A stretch of 64,000 nucleotides of DNA, from the NCBI GenBank assembly GCA_001724265.1, contig MEDY01000129.1, positions 1-64,000 on the forward strand, written 5' to 3'. Each line of letters begins with the position of its first letter. Position 1 is the stretch's first letter. The stretch is from Rhizaria sp. SCN 62-66 (lineage: Eukaryota). The notes under the pieces are model-generated. The model was given only the letters and a program-made list of their open reading frames with translations. It made no database searches and was not told where the DNA came from. Of this stretch, positions 60,056 to 64,000 are shown piece by piece. The position numbers were made by a program, and so were the translations under genes.

Positions 60056-62047
60056 TTAAAGGTCGGTGAGGTCGGTGGCAACGTAGACGTAGGGGTAGTA
60101 CTCCTGGCCGCCGCCCATGGTCGCCAAATCGATATCCGCGTCGGCCTTGGAGCCGGCGAGCAGAGACGAGTTGGCGAGCCCCGAGTAGAGGTTGTTAAGC
60201 ACATCACGCAGCTTCTTCTCCGAACCCTTCTCGGGCAGCAGCAGCGCGGCGATCCACTCGGTGGACAGACCGTAGCGCAGCACCGCCTCAACGTACACGC
60301 GCATCGCAACCACGTGGGTCCACGCGACGAACGCTTCTTCGAACTGCGACTCGCACCACAGCAACAGGTGCTCCCAGCGCGCGCGGCGCTTGTTGACGAG
60401 CTCGGCCATGATGAGGCGGTTGCGCTCATCCTCGTGTGCGTCAAACTTGAACGGACGCACAGTCCACCGGTGGTCGCGGCAGATAGCCTTGAACTTCTCC
60501 ACGTTGGCCGTCGACTGCGCACCGCTGTGCTCGTCGCGGTCGCGCGCGTTGCTGCTGCTGGCCGAGTCGCCCACGGCGGCGTCGGGGCGCTTGAAGAGAA
60601 CGACGCGGTACAGCACGAACTCGTCACCGGGGACCTGCTCCTCGCCGACAACCTTGATGGCGGAGCCGGGGACGACAGTGGACGTGGGCACGTTGGCAGA
60701 GCTCTTCTTGTTGCCGTTGCGGTCCACGGCCTTCGCGGCGGCCGCGGGGGCAGGGGCAGTCGCAGCCGGGGAAGCGGCAGCGGCGGCGGGGGCGGCGACA
60801 GTGCCCATGGCCTTGTCCATCTCGGCCTTGCGCGCGCGCTCGCGGGCCTCGGCCTCGGCATGGCGCTCGCGCTCAGCCTGCGCCTTCTCGGCGGCCCACT
60901 GCTCGACGAGCATGTACGACGCCAGGAACTCCTGCTCCTTGAGCTTGGGCACGGCGAGGAACACCGTCGTCAGGTGAGGGGTCTCGACCACGACCTCGGG
61001 GCGCAGGAAGCGCGAGATGGGGCGGACGAGGATCGAGCCGTTTTCCTTACGCTCCTGCGCGGTGACGAGGCCCTTGATCTCGTTGAACTCGGACAGCAGG
61101 CGGCGCAGCTCCTCGTCAGACTTAGCGAAGTCGTCGACGACCTTAAGACGGATCGTGTCGATCGAGTCCGACTCGTTGAACACGTACCGGTTCCAGCGGA
61201 ACTTGAAAAACGCCTCGCGGGGCGTCTTGGCCTGGTTCGCGCCGTGCGGGTCCGCGCCGAGCGCCTCGCCGATCATGAGAGACTGCGGAACGGCGGCGGC
61301 GGAGAGCTCGTCGGCGTTGTAATCGGCTGAGTGGTTCGCGAGCAGGACACGCTCCTCGGGACGGACCTTGGAGGGCTCGGCCTTGCGGGTGTCGTCGAAG
61401 GTGCGCTTAATCTTCTTGACGAGGGCGTTCATCGACGTGTCGAGCTTGGCGAGGTCGTCGGAGAGCGCGATGAGGGTGTCGATGGTGCCGACCTTGAGCT
61501 TCGGGATGCGGAACTTGTGGTTCACGGACAGGCTGCGGGCCGCGGTGGCGTCGTCCAGACGACGCCGCGTCTGCTGCGCGTCCTTGTTCTCCGCGGGCAC
61601 GGCTGTTGGGAGGACGGGCAAGTGAGGTACAGGGAGGGCAAATGGGGAGCGAGAGAGAAGGAGGGGAAATGGCAGTGGTCGGAGATTGGGGTGAGTGGGA
61701 CAAGCACATCCTAGGCATGGGAGAGTGAGATAAGGACACAGGCAGGCAAAAGAGGCACAAAGGGGTACATCCGGCAACAATCATTTGGGACAAACGACTT
61801 GTGTAAATATCAGTATTTCCTGAGGTGTTCTGCGGAAAGGAAAGTCGGCATAGTGAAGCAGATGAGGAGCTGGCCTCGGGGCGCCAGTCTGCCACAGCTA
61901 GCGCGATGAAATGAAGTTGTGAAAAAGTGCTATGCTGTGCACATCGTGCTTCAGATACATGTCTAAGATGCGATTCTAGTTGCGAAGTAAAGTGACTTCA
62001 TGCCGAAGAGCTGACGTACCAATGACCCAAGCGGCGTTGCTTGCCAT
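60056..62047 (-). CDS. ATP6V1C: V-type ATPase subunit C; exons 62047-62020, 61602-60056
   Basis: MASNAAWVIAVP, FRIPKLKVGTIDTLIALSDDLAKLD, FRWN, VVPGSA, FEEAFVAWTHVVAMRVYVEAVLRYGL, EYYPYV. Confidence 0.96.
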
Positions 62048-63042
62048 AGAGCCCTGCGGACGGAAAAGACGAATGGGGACGGATACAAGAGGGCGGGTGA
62101 GCACAGAAGAGCTAAAACGCGGTGATTAAGACAGATGACTACGTGAAAAGTCTGCTCAAAAGCGGCCGGTGTCGACACGAAGGCAATAAGGACCGCCAGG
62201 ATTGGGTTTTCTCGACCAAAGACGTGCACCGTCGAACCGGTCCTGCAGAGTAAATAAGTGTGTTCAAATATGGGCAGACCAATGTCAGTCTTCGCAGCAA
62301 TCCGTTGATAGAAAGAAATTCCCACCATCTACCTTCCCATAACCATTATTTACTACTTCAACCAGCGTATGCCCGATATAGACCCATAACAAGCCGATCC
62401 CTACGTCACCCCTCTTCTCAATTCTTCTCTTCTCTGTGCCAGCCAGCAGCCGGTCGGTCGGAAAAATCTGACTGCCACACAGCGAAAAATTAGGCCTCGT
62501 TCCGAGCGGTGCCGAAGAGACGGGCCAGTTTCGTCGAGAGTCCGCCCATACTCGGCTCCAGTAAAAAGCTCAGAAGTTGTGACACACTGTATGGGGTTTG
62601 TTATGCGGTGGTCAATGTTGGATGTTTTTCATATGCCATATTTCGTGCACTTGTGCGGTATAACCACGCTTTCTTCGGGAGGTGGCGAGCACCTCGGCTT
62701 TTCAGGGGCGTCGCTTGCAGCAAAGCGGACTGTTCGCATTACGCCCGTGCATTCTTCAATGAAAATGCAGTGTAATAACAGGATACCAGTCTCATGTACC
62801 TTCCGAGCTACATCCCAACTCCGAATCCCCGGCTTTATGAGGCCCTGAGAGGGAAGGTCTGAGCATGGACCCGCGATCGAGCAATCCTCCGAGCCGGGCT
62901 TATCCCACGCTTCGCGACGCCGGTCAGGCGCACTTGCTCACTGAATCCCGCGAAACCCATCTGTGACAACGTACACACTCACTTCTCCCACATTTCCGTC
63001 CTTGTTTCTTCCTCCCATGCGTTTGTTATAATAGAAGCCGAT

Positions 63043-64000
63043 ATGTTGAAGAACGCTATCCGCATGGCCAAGGCCGTCAAGGCCCCCGTGGTGTCCGCGC
63101 CCGCGCGCAACACCCACCTGCTCAAGGCGCGCATGGCCGAGATGATCCCCAAGCGCCGCGAGGAGTTCTCCGCCCTCAACAAGACCCACGGCGAGAAGGT
63201 CATCGACTCCGTCACCGTCGGCCAGCTCACCGGTGGCATGCGCGGTATTAAGTGCATGCTCTGGGAGACTTCCATCCTTGACGCCAACGAGGGTATCCGC
63301 TACCGTGGCAAGACCATCCCCGAGCTCCAGGCCGCTCTCCCCGGCGTTTCTCGCCCCGGACTCTCTAAGGGCGAGCCCCTCCCCGAGGCGACCCTCTGGT
63401 ACCTCATGACCGGTGAGGTCCCCACCGAGGCCCAGGTTGAGTTCCTCCGCCAGGACCTCCACGAGCGCTCCAAGATCCCCGCCCACCTCAAGCACGTCAT
63501 CGCGGCCCTCCCCAAGGAGACCCACCCCATGACCCAGTTCATCTCCGCCATTGCCGCGCTCCAGACCGACTCGATCTTCGCTGAGAAGTACCACACCGTC
63601 AACAAGAAGGACTACTGGGGCCCCGCGTTCGAGGACGCCCTCAACGTCATCGCCAAGCTCCCCAAGGTCGCCGCCATGATCTACAACCACTCGTACGGCA
63701 ACGGCACCACCCCCGACGCCGACACCTCGCTCGACATGGCCGCCGCGTTCAACCGCATGATCGGCTTCGGCGCTGGGGGCAAGCCCTCGATGCAGGGCTG
63801 GGTCGACGAGAAGGAGTCCAAGGACGCCTTCGACGAGTACATGCGTCTCTACCTCACCATCCACTCCGACCACGAGGGTGGCAACGTTTCCGCGCACTCC
63901 GTCCGCCTTGTGGGCTCCGCGCTCTCTGACCCCTACCTCGCCTTCTCGGCCGGTATGGCCGGTCTCGCGGGCCCGCTCCACGGTCTCGCCAACCAGGAGG
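63043..64000 (+). CDS. CS: Mitochondrial citrate synthase, 3'-partial (runs off the window, so absent from the ORF track)
   Basis: GGMRGIKCMLWETSILDANEGIRYRG, EPLPEATLWYLMTGEVPT, HPMTQF, YLTIHSDHEGGNVSAH, LSDPYL, AGPLHGLANQE. Confidence 0.97.
   Translation, partial: MLKNAIRMAKAVKAPVVSAPARNTHLLKARMAEMIPKRREEFSALNKTHGEKVIDSVTVGQLTGGMRGIKCMLWETSILDANEGIRYRGKTIPELQAALPGVSRPGLSKGEPLPEATLWYLMTGEVPTEAQVEFLRQDLHERSKIPAHLKHVIAALPKETHPMTQFISAIAALQTDSIFAEKYHTVNKKDYWGPAFEDALNVIAKLPKVAAMIYNHSYGNGTTPDADTSLDMAAAFNRMIGFGAGGKPSMQGWVDEKESKDAFDEYMRLYLTIHSDHEGGNVSAHSVRLVGSALSDPYLAFSAGMAGLAGPLHGLANQE

Noticed and set aside
62849-62864. GGGAAGGTCTGAG resembles the CR-I motif of eukaryotic RNase P RNA
   Set aside because: No matching CR-V (..CAGACT) found before citrate synthase starts at 63043; not supportable without an Infernal search.
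62938-63981. 347-aa minus-strand ORF
   Set aside because: Antisense shadow of citrate synthase produced by GC3-biased codon usage.
7775-64000. Functional clustering of V-ATPase (Vma12, subunit C) or Fe-S/mitochondrial genes
   Set aside because: The genes are tens of kb apart and interspersed with unrelated ones; consistent with chance.
1-64000. tRNA (especially CUA anticodon), rRNA, CRISPR array or transposase
   Set aside because: None recognised by eye; the predicted UAG-decoding tRNA would have to lie elsewhere in the genome.

Overview
Gene-dense stretch of a eukaryotic (most likely protist) nuclear genome: GC-rich, Ala/Ser-inflated exons, short spliceosomal introns (mostly GTACG..AG) and AT-rich intergenic DNA. 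About 21 protein genes can be modelled: IscU, a questin-oxidase-like protein, a WW-domain membrane protein, pyrimidine 5'-nucleotidase, Erv46/ERGIC, DUF4476, PI31, Sec24, Vma12, a giant split Tudor-knot protein, SUV3, a Spinster-type MFS, a two-CDGSH Fe-S protein, a SANT+C2H2 protein, an FAD oxidoreductase, V-ATPase subunit C, citrate synthase (partial) and several unknowns. The main observation is an apparent non-standard genetic code. Six reading frames contain a single in-frame TAG and continue in frame, in two cases into conserved motifs (SUV3 helicase, questin-oxidase DFFVLH). All 20 modelled gene ends use TAA (10) or TGA (10), never TAG. This points to UAG alone being reassigned to an amino acid, probably Gln. 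Also notable: a paralogous family with a degenerate cyclophilin-like domain, a Tudor-knot domain split by ~1,190 aa, and a GTACG-dominated 5' splice site. All gene models and family calls are by eye; no searches were run.
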